A stretch of DNA of 64,000 bases, from positions 149,371,456 to 149,435,455 of the forward strand of contig NC_068982.1 of the NCBI RefSeq assembly GCF_001194135.2, given 5' to 3'. Position 1 is the stretch's first letter. Each line of letters begins with the position of its first letter. Under the pieces are notes generated by a model that worked only from the letters and a program-made list of their open reading frames with translations, did not search any database and had not been told where the DNA came from. A program made the translations under genes and the position numbers. Positions 36,939-49,395 of this stretch are shown here, piece after piece. The stretch comes from Octopus bimaculoides (taxonomy: Eukaryota).

Positions 36939-39367
36939 TATACACACGCACATATACATGTATGACATCAGATGCATCACACAGTGCAGGAAGCAATGCA
37001 TCTGATGTCATTACACTGTGCAACGCATCTGATATTATAGTGTGAAACACATCTGATATCATTATATCGTTCCACACCCACTGGTGAGCAGTGCAGAAGG
37101 AAGCCAAAACGTTTGTTGTGCTAAATAAAACTTCTAGTTACACTCCGTCTTTTGCATCAATGATTTAAAATATACCCAACATGCACCTAGGAATTCCTTA
37201 CATAGATCCAGCAACAAAAGTGCAGTAACACAGATGATGCCTGGTTGCCATAAGTGGTAAACGTGCTCTGGGACTTACCCAAAACAAGGCATTTTAAAGT
37301 CTCCTTTCTAAAGCTTAATTTTTAATTTAACTTCTATGTATATATATATACGACAGGATTCTTTCACTTTCTGTTTATCAAGTCCACTCACAAGGCTTCG
37401 GTTAGCTAGAGAGATTTTCTAATATGCAATTGCTGTTTGTCCAACCCATTAACGATGATGATGTTTGTCCAACCCATCATCATCATCATTTAATGGACAT
37501 TAAATGATGATGATGACGATGATGATGATAGAGACTAGAAAAAAAATTTTAATATTGAAAAGTGTTTGTAGGATTAACAGAAAATTTCATAGTGTGAATG
37601 TTCGTGCTGTGACTTCCATTGTTGCAATAGATTTCAATGCATTATCATTTTTTAAATGCTACAGTAATGGAAATCTATCCTAAAATAAACCTATTAATGC
37701 CACATCTTTAAATTTTAAGAGTACAAAATGGCCTCTTGCAAAATATTATCCTGTAAAAGCTATAATTTAAGTTGGTTACGCACTTGTTCTTTCTCACATG
37801 CAATATGCATACCAATTATGGGTATAGAAATAAAATTCTTATAAAAAGAGCAATATTTGTCTCCAGGTGATATTCTCAACCAGAAATTTATATTCTACTC
37901 ATAAGTTTTTACCAATATAATATCCTGGAACTGCTTTGCATTATTCAGTGAGGAAAAACTCATAGAAGTCATTTATATGCCTATATTTTTATATATCTGT
38001 GGAGGTCATGTTTGTGACAAATGGATGCACTACTGAACAAGACGAAAGTCTTCTTGCTTATATCTAGCCTTTTTTTTTTTTTTGATAATGATTTCAAATT
38101 TTGGCACAAGGCCAGCAGTTTTGAAGAGTGGGTAAATTGATTACCTCTTATTTTTAGCAATGTAGGTGCTTCGGCACTCTCAGTCATACTTAGTGACGAC
38201 TGAATTTTTCTTTTATGATATCACATTGCACCTGGCTGTTTATATTAATTTTTAGTATACACATTAACGTTCTGCTAAATCATCCATAAATTTTTATGGT
38301 AAATACATATTTGCTGACAGGCAGAATTAGCCAAACATGTGCAGTGTGAGCAGTTATCACTGATGATACTTACAGANNNNNNNNNNNNNNNNNNNNNNNN
38401 NNNNNNNNNNNNNNNNNNNNNNNNNNNNNNNNNNNNNNNNNNNNNNNNNNNNNNNNNNNNNNNNNNNNNNNNNNNNNNNNNNNNNNNNNNNNNNNNNNNN
38501 NNNNNNNNNNNNNNNNNNNNNNNNNNNNNNNNNNNNNNNNNNNNNNNNNNNNNNNNNNNNNNNNNNNNNNNNNNNNNNNNNNNNNNNNNNNNNNNNNNNN
38601 NNNNNNNNNNNNNNNNNNNNNNNNNNNNNNNNNNNNNNNNNNNNNNNNNNNNNNNNNNNNNNNNNNNNNNNNNNNNNNNNNNNNNNNNNNNNNNNNNNNN
38701 NNNNNNNNNNNNNNNNNNNNNNNNNNNNNNNNNNNNNNNNNNNNNNNNNNNNNNNNNNNNNNNNNNNNNNNNNNNNNNNNNNNNNNNNNNNNNNNNNNNN
38801 NNNNNNNNNNNNNNNNNNNNNNNNNNNNNNNNNNNNNNNNNNNNNNNNNNNNNNNNNNNNNNNNNNNNNNNNNNNNNNNNNNNNNNNNNNNNNNNNNNNN
38901 NNNNNNNNNNNNNNNNNNNNNNNNNNNNNNNNNNNNNNNNNNNNNNNNNNNNNNNNNNNNNNNNNNNNNNNNNNNNNNNNNNNNNNNNNNNNNNNNNNNN
39001 NNNNNNNNNNNNNNNNNNNNNNNNNNNNNNNNNNNNNNNNNNNNNNNNNNNNNNNNNNNNNNNNNNNNNNNNNNNNNNNNNNNNNNNNNNNNNNNNNNNN
39101 NNNNNNNNNNNNNNNNNNNNNNNNNNNNNNNNNNNNNNNNNNNNNNNNNNNNNNNNNNNNNNNNNNNNNNNNNNNNNNNNNNNNNNNNNNNNNNNNNNNN
39201 NNNNNNNNNNNNNNNNNNNNNNNNNNNNNNNNNNNNNNNNNNNNNNNNNNNNNNNNNNNNNNNNNNNNNNNNNNNNNNNNNNNNNNNNNNNNNNNNNNNN
39301 NNNNNNNNNNNNNNNNNNNNNNNNNNNNNNNNNNNNNNNNNNNNNNNNNNNNNNNNNNNNNNNNNNA

Positions 39368-39541
39368 GCACCCACTACACTCTCTGAGTGGTTGGCGTTA
39401 GGAAGGGCATCCAGCTGTAGAAACTCTGCCAACTCAGATTGGAGCCTGGTGTCGCCTCCTGGTCCACCAGTCCTCAGTCAAATCGTCCAACCCATGCTAG
39501 CATGGAAAGCGGACATTAAGCGATGACGATGATGATGATGA
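39368..39541 (+). mobile_element. SINE family C, 3' part
   Basis: gcacccactacactctctgagtggttggcgttaggaagggcatccagctgtagaaa..(gat)n. Confidence 0.9.
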
Positions 39542-39550
39542 TATATGTAC

Positions 39551-39600
<50 letters not shown>

Positions 39601-39744
39601 AGTAGAATATTCAAATTTGAATATTCATAAATATATTGTTATTGCTAATATTATCTATGGCAAATATAAGTAATCAATAATACCAGCAACAATAATATAC
39701 GTGGTTAACAGGTATTAAATAGCATTAGATAGCTATAAAATTTT

Positions 39745-39864
39745 AAATTAGCATTAAGCATAAGGGCATTCATGCACCATACTTGTTAGAAATAGGAGTT
39801 AAAACCCCAACTCCTATTTCTAATGGGTATGGTGTATGAACGCCCTTATGCTTAATGCTAATTT
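39745..39864. repeat. Palindrome with 56-bp arms and an 8-nt loop
   Basis: The arms differ at 5 positions, all transitions. Confidence 0.95.
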
Positions 39865-39895
<31 letters not shown>

Positions 39896-40149
39896 TTATG
39901 CCAATCTGGACTTGTTTTTTAAGTGATGTACTTTAATCTGCTGGACTAAGTATGCCAAACTTCTAATCTATAAAAATATAACTTATGTAGCAGATAAACA
40001 AACATCACAACTCTTTCTAAGTGGTATCAATGTGCTGACATTTAAAGACAAAACACACAGATATACATGCTTGTATCTACCTATGTAGACATATGCATGT
40101 GTGTACACACACACGCATTCATATGTGTGTGTGTGTGTGTATGTGTATG

Positions 40150-40189
<40 letters not shown>

Positions 40190-40194
40190 TGTGT

Positions 40195-40352
40195 GTTATT
40201 TCAGGTTTCCATGTGGTTTCTCTTGACTAAATTTCATTCGCAAAGTATTAGACAATTCAAGGCCAGAGTAGAAGGCACTTGCCCAAATGCCATGCTGTGA
40301 GATTGAACCTGTAACCATGTGATTGTGAAAGAAACTTCTTAACCACACAGCA
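40195..40352 (-). mobile_element. Decayed SINE A head
   Basis: Family motifs are present in reverse complement. Confidence 0.65.
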
Positions 40353-41786
40353 GTTAACATAACCAGCTTAACCCCTCCCCACAAAACTTTCTGGCCTTGT
40401 GTGTGTATGTGTGTGTGTGCATGTGTGTGTGTGTGCATGTGTGTGTGTGTGCATGTGTGTGTGTGTGCATGTGTGTGTGTGTGCATGTGTGTGTGTGTTT
40501 GTGTGTGTGTACATGTGTGTGTGTGTGTGTGTTTGTACTTCTGTATATGAGTTTGTAAGAATGAGGCTTATAGATACAAAATAAAGTTTTTAATACTTGG
40601 GGGAGTGCGTTGTATAAACACATACACACACACACACACACAGACACACTCATACATTTATTATCCTTGTTATTGTCATAATGTAGAAGAACGAAATGTG
40701 TGAGGGAATAAATATTGAAGCAATAGCTTAAACAGTGGATTATGAATTCATATGTGTTGCGCACTGGTGAGTCTTGTTGTGTTTATGAGAAGAATACTTA
40801 ATTCCACATGCCATGCCCTCAGTTCGTTGAGTGGTGGGGGAAAGGGAAGTATCAAATTATTGCTATAATTTTACTTCTGATAGTCCTATCCATGGGAGAC
40901 TCATTTTTCATGTACCTAAAGCTATTAAATCTAGAATTACACACTGCCTTTATACGCTAGTATGGTTTGTGAAAACATTTAGTATTTCTATTGTACAGCA
41001 CTAGTTTGTAATGGCAATAATGGTTTGTTTTTGTTTATTCTTTGATATTGGAAAATGATCAGAGTAAAGAATACATTTCTCAGAAATTGTTATAATCATG
41101 CAAATGTTAATGAACAATGGTTAGACTAATGTACTTGTCAATATTATCACAGAGCAACACATATATACATCATTTAAAGACAAGTCACAACTGGTTGATA
41201 TATTTGTGCATCAGCCTAGCATTCAAAAGGTCAACTGTTCACACTTCATCACTAGTGTTGTATTGTGTCTATATACAAGATGTTTAAAGCTAGTTGACTC
41301 GACAGCAGTTCTGCATGTATAATAATGACCAAGTTCTTCATTGACCTATAGAACTAAGCTCAAATAGGTTAGTAAGAAACTCTTTTGAAATTAATGCAGC
41401 TGATTGAACATTGATGAGCTTTATCAACTGATGTTGCTCGAGAAACACATTTGAAATAAATAAATAGCATTTTCTTTTTAACAAAAGTACAAAAGATCTG
41501 TGTTTTAAGAGGGAAGGGGAAAATAGAAGGGTTTGACATTAATACTTTTCTGAATGACAATAATAGTTGCCTTTAACTGGGAAGTGAAATGGTTTGGCAG
41601 TTCATGCTTGTTACTAACTTAACATTTGATCTATAGCAGACTTGACCAGCATTTTTCTAACAGCAGGCCTTACCAAATGCTACAGATCATAAATTGCATT
41701 ACACCACTAAATGAATAATTTAACAAATCAAATGCAATATAGTGTACCCCATACATAGCACATGCTAGAGGTTTTGAGATTTATTA

Positions 41787-42640
41787 AGAGAGGCATTTAT
41801 AACTGTCCCAGATTGTTGTAATTCTAATATTCCATTCCTGTACAAGTAATAAGCTGACCTGCCAACTTCTGCTATTCCAGATTGAAGGAGACAGCTGTAG
41901 CATCACTTTGAACACATCCTACTAAACACTGCTTGTCACAGCTGACTAGTTTGCAGAATGCAGTGAAGACATGAAGATAGTTTGGAAGCTTGTTATGCAA
42001 TAAAGTTTTGTTAAACTAGGAAAAAATGCTGCAGAAACTTATGAAATGCTCCAGACTGATAATGCATCAACTTTTCCATTGGTACAAGAAGTTCAAGGAC
42101 TGTAAAGAGGGAGTGAGAGACAATAAAATGTGTGGAAGGAAGAGGGGTGTCAGGACATCGGAGCTGGATGTGAAAATACACAATTTTCTGGATGAAGACC
42201 GTTGTGTGTCTATAAAAACAATAAGCATACAGTTTGGTGTTGGTGACGCAAATTTAAACAGAATAATTCAGGAAGATCTGAGCATATGTAAAATTTATGC
42301 TAAGTTTGTTCCCAAGGTACTCAGTAACGAGCACCCTGGTAAACTAAATACTTGACAGAGATGGGCATTATAACTGTCCCTCATCCTCCGTACAGTCCAG
42401 ACTTTGCTCTCTGTGGCTTTTGGTTGTTCCCTAAGTTGAAGCATGTCAGGGGCAATCATTTTAAAGATGAAGGAGACTGTCACAAGAGTCTTGGACTTTG
42501 GAGGACTTCTATAGGGCCTCCAGGAAATGCCTGGAGTGTGACAAGTGCATTGAAGTCAGAGGAGATTAGAATTTTGTATTTGTTTGAAATTAATGAATGT
42601 CTCTGCTGAAAAAGTTTGAAAACTTTTGAAATGGACCTTG
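41787..42640 (+). mobile_element. Internally deleted mariner element
   Basis: FHWYKKFKD..RSIKTISIQFGVG..IIQEDL..YAKFVPKVL is joined almost directly to PHPPYSPDFALCGFWLFPKLK. There are decayed TIR-like ends near 41787 and 42640. Confidence 0.85.
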
Positions 42641-43562
42641 TATATAAACAAATCATAATGATTCGAGTCAGAGAAAACATGAGGGAAAAAAGAAGAAGAA
42701 AAGAAACTGTTCAAATTGACAGAACCTGACTTAAAGATTATATTTCAAATTTTAAAGAAAAAGTTTTTATGTTTATATAGTTATGACATATCTTTCATTC
42801 AGAAAGAAATCGTAAAGAACTGCATCCAGCCAAAGTGTGACAGATTTTCAATACCTGCACTGAAGTATTCACATGTTAAATAAATGTTAGTTTCACTTTG
42901 TTGAGGTACAAAGTCCATGAGAGCAGCAAAGTTGTAAGGTTATTAATCATAATGCCTTTCTCAAAATCATTAGCAACACAAAGTAAAGTGAAATGAATTC
43001 AACCAGGAAGGAAAACTAAACTAGCAAGAGAACTCTTATACAAACACCCAGCCTGTGAGAAACAGCAGTCAAGTCTCCCTCAAATCACATTTTAAAGTCT
43101 TCAAAATGGAGGGATATATCAGTAATTTGTTCAAGACATATAATGAAGTTTGAAAATAAGGAGAATGACTATGGCAAGAAATTTTAATCAGGGTTGACCT
43201 GTAGTTAATCATCAGCAGCAAGAACAACAGTCACACTCTCAGTTTATTGTGAATTTATCCCTTACTTTAATGCAAGGACAAACATATCTTGATTGGTTTA
43301 ATGAGTGAATGATTGTTTGAATGTTTGAAACCAAGTGGCTGCTCAGAGAGTAGTTTAGGCAAGCAAATGTCGTTTACAGTTGCTTGAGATCGAACAATGC
43401 CTTGTAAATAGAGTTTAATAGATCCAGGCTGTGATGAGGCCCATTGTGCATATGCATGTTCTCTTCTGTTTTTAATTATCTAAAATATTCCTCTGAGGAA
43501 GGAGCTGATTTCTAACAAAGATACAAAGCTCCATCCTTGGAATGTAGATAACAAAAAGAATG

Positions 43563-44190
43563 TCACATTTTAAACTTAAGAAAAGTCTTGCATGTTTTTA
43601 CTCTTCCATTTACAGATTGTATTTGTAATGTGTGAGTTAGTTGATTTCTTTTTCTGAAAATCCAAGCTTAACCAGACTGACAGCTATTTACTCACAATAC
43701 AAGTGTACTAATTATTCTTTTCTACTCTAGGCACAAGGCCCGAAATTTTGGGGGAGGAGTCCAGTCAATTAGATCAACCCCAGTACACAACTAGTACTTA
43801 ATTTATCAACCCTGAAAGGATGAAAGGCAAAGTCGACCTCAGCGGAATTTGAACTCAGAACATAAGACAGATGAAATACCGCTAACTGTTTCGCCCAGTG
43901 TGCTAACGTTTCTGCCAGCTCGCCACCTAAGTGTACTAATTATTGTTGGCATAAATGTAAGTTTGTAATCTGGATATAGAAGCTAGAGGTTTTGAAGCAA
44001 TTGTCCATAGCTAACCTCTTTCTCTTTGATTTTCAAAGAGATTTTCACATCAGCAGGACAGCTGAACTCTATGACAATACACACTTTTTCTTGTCTGTGT
44101 TAAACAACAATATCTGGCCTATTATGCTTACACTTGACAGATGTATTGATGGTAATGTTCAACCAGTATTTCTTGTGCTGATGTTTGTGT
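43563..44190 (-). mobile_element. R4/NeSL-type non-LTR retrotransposon 3' end (REL endonuclease), split by a SINE B
   Basis: KCKHNRPDIVV*HRQEKVCIVIEFSCPADVKISLKIKEKE..LLYPDYKLTFMPTII, which continues after the SINE to ..KTCKTFLKFKM*. Confidence 0.8.
43717..43928 (-). mobile_element. SINE family B with a 16-bp TSD
   Basis: aagtgtactaattatt occurs at 43701-43716 and again at 43929-43944. Confidence 0.92.
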
Positions 44191-45074
44191 AGTAAGTCTT
44201 GAGTATGACAATAAACTGCATCCAGTGGTGAGGCTCCAGTTCAGGAATTCTAGAGTTTTGAGGAACATGGAGTCACCTCTTAATTATCATTACTCCAAGG
44301 TCCATTCTAACCTGGAATGGTAGTACATGTCCGGGTTCCATCAATGAGTTAAACAAATTTCCAATAGGTAGGGAGGCTCCTCTTATTTTTGACAAAGCTG
44401 TGGAGAAGGTAACTCTTCTAAGAGAAAGACACTCTGACATAAAATATGCAGTCAAAATAATAGCAGTCATCTTGCAATGCTTATACTGGAATCTACAATG
44501 GAGACTGAGAGAGTAACAAAAGTGTTGTACAAGCTGTTGTCATTTACATCCAATGACATACAGATGTCTCACTACCATTTGAATGTGAGACAGCTTTCAT
44601 CTGACAAGACGAGGCAATCATTATGTATGCACGCACCCTTGAATATATGCATGCTCTTGCATATATACATGTATGTAGGTATGTGTATTTATATATATAT
44701 GTATGTATGTGTGCATGTGTTTGTGTATATATATATATGTGCATGTGCATGCATTCTCTCTTTTTATTTATAAGAATTCTACCTAGAAAGAGTGAAATGT
44801 TCTTTCAATAAAGAATTAAAAGCTCCATCAATGGAATTTGAATATGTGCAATGATAACTGTGACATATTGAACGTTAGGAAAGTTTTGCATAGTTTTATT
44901 GTTTCACTTATGGCTTATATCTGTGAGATATATGTTAACCAGTATCTTCCTGAACCCAAAGTGCTAGCTTTTTAAGGTTGTTGTTTGATCATTTGCAATA
45001 TTTATACCAGTAATCACTGTTGCACTGTGATTACTGGTATAAATGTGAATTTATAAACAACAACCAAGACCTTT

Positions 45075-45670
45075 GGAGATATGCCTATGCTAGTGTTGCA
45101 TAACCTGTTCATTTAAGAGTACCTTTAATCATTGGGCAATACACTGTGTTTGAGAAGACCTGCTGAGTCAAGTGAAATCATTGTCGTGGCCGGTGCCAGT
45201 ACCGCCTGACTGGCACCTATGCTGGTGACATGTAAAAAGCACCATTTGAGCATGGTCAATGCCAATCCCACCGGACTGGCTCCTGAGCCAGTGGCACATA
45301 AAATGCACCATATGAACGTGGTCAATGCCAGTGCCACCTGACTGGTCCCATGCTGGTAGCACAAACAAGCACCATTCAAGCGTGGTCCTTGCTAGTGCCA
45401 CCTGACTGGCTCCCATGCTGGTAGCAAGTAAAAAGCAACATTCGAGTATGGTTGGTGCCAGTGCCACCTGACTGGCCCCTGTGTTGATGGCATGTAAAAA
45501 GCACCCACTACACTCTCAGAGTAGTTGGCATTAGGAAGGGCATCCAGCTGTAGAAACCTTGCCTGATCAGATTGGAGCCTGGTGCAGCCTCCTGGTTTGC
45601 CAGTCCTCAGTCAAGCTGTCCAACCTATGCCAGCATGGAAAGCGGACAATAAATGATGATGATGATGATG
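45075..45670 (+). mobile_element. SINE family C with an internal tandem array of about five 60-65-bp units
   Basis: Units of gccagtgccacctgactgg..aaaagcacc.. at about 45192-45505, followed by the family C tail. Confidence 0.88.
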
Positions 45671-46113
45671 AGGTGGAGAAGTTTCCAGTTTCAAAGCAGT
45701 TATCCATAAACAGTCTCCTTCTCATAAGCTTTGGAAGAAATATTCACATCTGCTGACTTTCGTTTTCTATCCTAAATAACTATATCAGTTAAGTTTGCAC
45801 TTGGTGGGAGTTTTGATGGGAATTCTCTACCAATATTCCTTGTATTGACATATATTCAATAGCTGAAGTATCATTTATATTTATCTCAGAACTGGCTTTC
45901 CTGGGGATGACATTGTGTATTGTTTCCATAAGAACATGTTGTAATGAGGTAGCTGTAGTACCTTAATAGCAATGTTTGAGCAGCTGCTGATTGCATATGT
46001 TATGTCCTCTACAGAAAAGTGACACTGTCAACATCTGTAGTTGAATCTTGGGAATTTAAAGGTATGTGTGTGTATGTATGTGCGTGTCAGAGAGAAAGTA
46101 GGTGTGTATGTGT

Positions 46114-46157
<44 letters not shown>

Positions 46158-46204
46158 ATCCATCCATGTGTGTGTATGTGTCCGTCCATGTATGTGTGTC
46201 TATA

Positions 46205-46480
46205 GATCCAGCACAGGGATCAATCTTCTAAATTGATAGCAGTAGAGTAGATAAATTGATTAAGAAAATGAAGCCACAAAAGCACCAAGTCCATCAGATA
46301 CCATTGCTGAGATGCTGGAAATGCCTAGCAGGTTAGGTCATGTATATTTAACCATGTAGTACGGGTGCAGTTGTATCATTGTTAGCTGCAACAAAAGTAA
46401 AGAGAAGCTTTAGAAAAAGAGAAAATTAGAGACATTAAGAGTTGATTGACCAGGTTATGAAAGTCACTAATATATGTCTC
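46205..46480 (+). mobile_element. RTE LINE ORF2 fragment
   Basis: IKKMK..KAPSPSDTIAEMLEM and ..LIDQVMKVT, homologous to 17030-17300. Confidence 0.6.
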
Positions 46481-47599
46481 ACAGGTTCAAGTCCTATAGC
46501 CATTTGCTGGCAACTATCTTCCATCTTATAATGGGTAAAATACCCAATCTTTCTGCTGTTTTTACAGTTATACTGTATTCAAAAGCCCAACATGACCACA
46601 GCCTTAGGACTGAAACATATAAAAGAATAAAAGAATATAAGCAAAATTTAGGCTAGTTGAAATATGTTTGTGACATATTTCAACTGCTAAAAGTTAAATA
46701 CACTGCAGTTACCATGGAGAATATATCACTCTTATGGTAAAAAGGTGTGAAAACACCCAATTCATTCAGTGTCACTATCTATTAGGAATCTCAGACATTG
46801 ATGTTTCAAGCTTCTTGGGTCTTAATGAAATTTACCTAAGCGATGATTCTTTATAACGATAATTATATATCACACACAGATGGGACAACGCAGGACATTA
46901 AAAACAAATAGTGTATTTATGAGTTTGTTTTTTAAAGTGGTTTTAAAAATATAATGATGAATATTATATTTTAAAAATTTACAAGTTTTACATGTTTACA
47001 CTTGGCCATGAAGCCCAACGGCTATACCATACTTTTTTTTACCATGGATGAGATTAAGTAGGGTCATTCACACCCAACTTCCTTGCCACATCCTTCCATC
47101 TTTTCCAGAATATACTTCACAACAGGTGTCTCCTCTTCAGCCCCATCTTGCTCTTCAGATCATACCTGAAGTAATATAGCAAACCAGGGCTGGAGATGAA
47201 AATTCCCATCATGATTCCTTTCATTCTAGTTTTCCATATACACTCTTTCAATACTGTGACTGTGCATAAAAACATGCCCCAGCTTCCTTTGATAGTCCAG
47301 GTGGCAGTACAATCTCAGTCATGGACTCAGTAGACAGCTGTAATCTTCCTAGGATGCAGCTGTAAACAGCACTGCAGAGCATTCAAAGAGGGTGAAACTT
47401 GTCAAAAAGAGGGGCCTAGAAAAGCATAGATTGAAGTAGGGAAAACTAACAAAAATAGATGATTAAGGGCTACATATATTGGAGACATATTGTGATTAAG
47501 AAAACCTGTACATTGGTGCAATGGAAGAAGTGTTGGACACCATCACACACACATATGTACATACACACACACACGCATGTACGCATGCACGCACGCACG

Positions 47600-47633
<34 letters not shown>

Positions 47634-47635
<2 letters not shown>

Positions 47636-48501
47636 GGATGTTTGGGCTAAATTTGACAGTACATAAATAAAACACAATATCTCAACCAACAATAAAAGTA
47701 TTTTTAAAAATCAAAAAACATCAGTTAGATTATAGTTGGAAGATAACAGGTTATTCAAAGTAACCACTGTCATCTTCCTCCATAGTCTCAAAACAGCTCT
47801 GGAAACTGTCACATACATCCCTCATTGTATCCCTAGGAAGATTTTTCAAACACTGCCTTGATCTTGGCCACCAGCTTGGCCTTAGTGCTGCAAGAAGCGC
47901 AGTTGGTGTCTTTCTCAGCCCCATCTCACATATAGTAATCGATGTGATTACTATTGGGCAAATTAGGAGACCAGAAACTTGATACTGGTGAAGTCATAGG
48001 AATTCTTCAACAACCACTTTTAAACTATTTCCAGAGATATGGTAAGGAACCAAATTTTGCTACCACAAGTATGGCCTTCCATCCAAGGTTTAACCAGTCT
48101 CCAGCAGCTTCACATAACTGTCTGAGCTGAGCCTAAGGCCCTGTGCAAAGATGTGAGGTGGCATAACATCACCTTCACTGGAGTCACACCCAAAGACCAT
48201 AGCTTTATAGTTTTCACCTGCAGCTATCCATGTTATGTCTTATAGCTTTCATAGTATTCACAGAGCATTGAATAGTAGTCATGGTATCATTATTTTGATA
48301 ACAAGTGTGAAGCATTATGATATACAGGCAACTGCTTTCCAATATTCAGATGACTTCCAGGCTTCCATATCAGCTATCTTTTTCACAATGTCAACTTTAA
48401 TCTTTACACTCTCCAACGCCATTGACTGTTCACTAATACATCAAGCTGTTTCTGAAAAAAGGAGACACACAAAATCATCAAATTTTTGCCTGAACATTTT
48501 G
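47634..48501 (-). mobile_element. Tc1/mariner (maT/DD37D-like) element, internally deleted
   Basis: Decayed MVFG..SEGDVMPPHIFAQGLRL.., WSPN..IDYY and ..SGYFE*. The imperfect TIRs are caggatgtttgggctaaatttgac / atcaaatttttgcctgaacattttg. Confidence 0.8.
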
Positions 48502-49286
48502 CATGTACATATATTGCATTCTTAATATATCCCTGATCATCATTCCTCTGCTTACACCTTACATTTTTTACACCTTCTCATCTCTCAATCACTTATCTCT
48601 CTGCCATTCATCTATATCTCTCATCACCCCATCCTTTCCACTCCTCTGCTAACCCAGTTTGTATTATCATTCCCCTCTCCTCTATTCACTTCCTTTTGGA
48701 CATAACTGCCTTGAACAGAGATAATACATGGTTCACAGGACCTTTTAGTCTTGTTGTAGACATGACATATCTAATGTTGGTACCTTGATAAAAAGTTTAC
48801 CATACACTCTGTAAAGTTACTGGTATCAGAAAGGGAATCCAGCCATAGAATCCATGCCAATGTTGGAATGTATGAACAAAGATGATCCTCCAGCCCAGCT
48901 GAGAATGCAATAATTCTTAATGAGAACTTATTAGGACTGTGACAACCCATCCAATCCATGCCAATGAGAAAATCCGACATGAAATAAAAATAATACATGT
49001 GTATATGTATGTAAGTGCATGTGTATGTGTGCATATATGTGAGTGTGTGTCCAAGCCTGTGTTTGTATATAAGTGTATATCAGTGTATTGAGTTGCATCC
49101 CTTTACACCAGAAATGAATTTAAACCTTAGTCAGTCAATCAATTGAAATCAATAACCTGGGTACCAGCCTGCAATAAGTACTGGGATTGATATTAACAAA
49201 ATCCCTTAAAAGACATTGCTGTAGCATTCGCTACAATCCAATGGCTGAAACTAGCAAATGACTATAAGAATAGGAGAATATCCACC

Positions 49287-49339
<53 letters not shown>

Positions 49340-49346
49340 CTACATA

Positions 49347-49395
<49 letters not shown>

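Noticed and set aside
41410-41450. TTGATGAgc..gctcgagaaac as a possible hammerhead
   Set aside because: The core is altered and no stem I or stem III can be built.
43488-43545. CTGAGGA-aggagct..agctcc as a possible hammerhead
   Set aside because: There is no GAAA or NUH after stem II.
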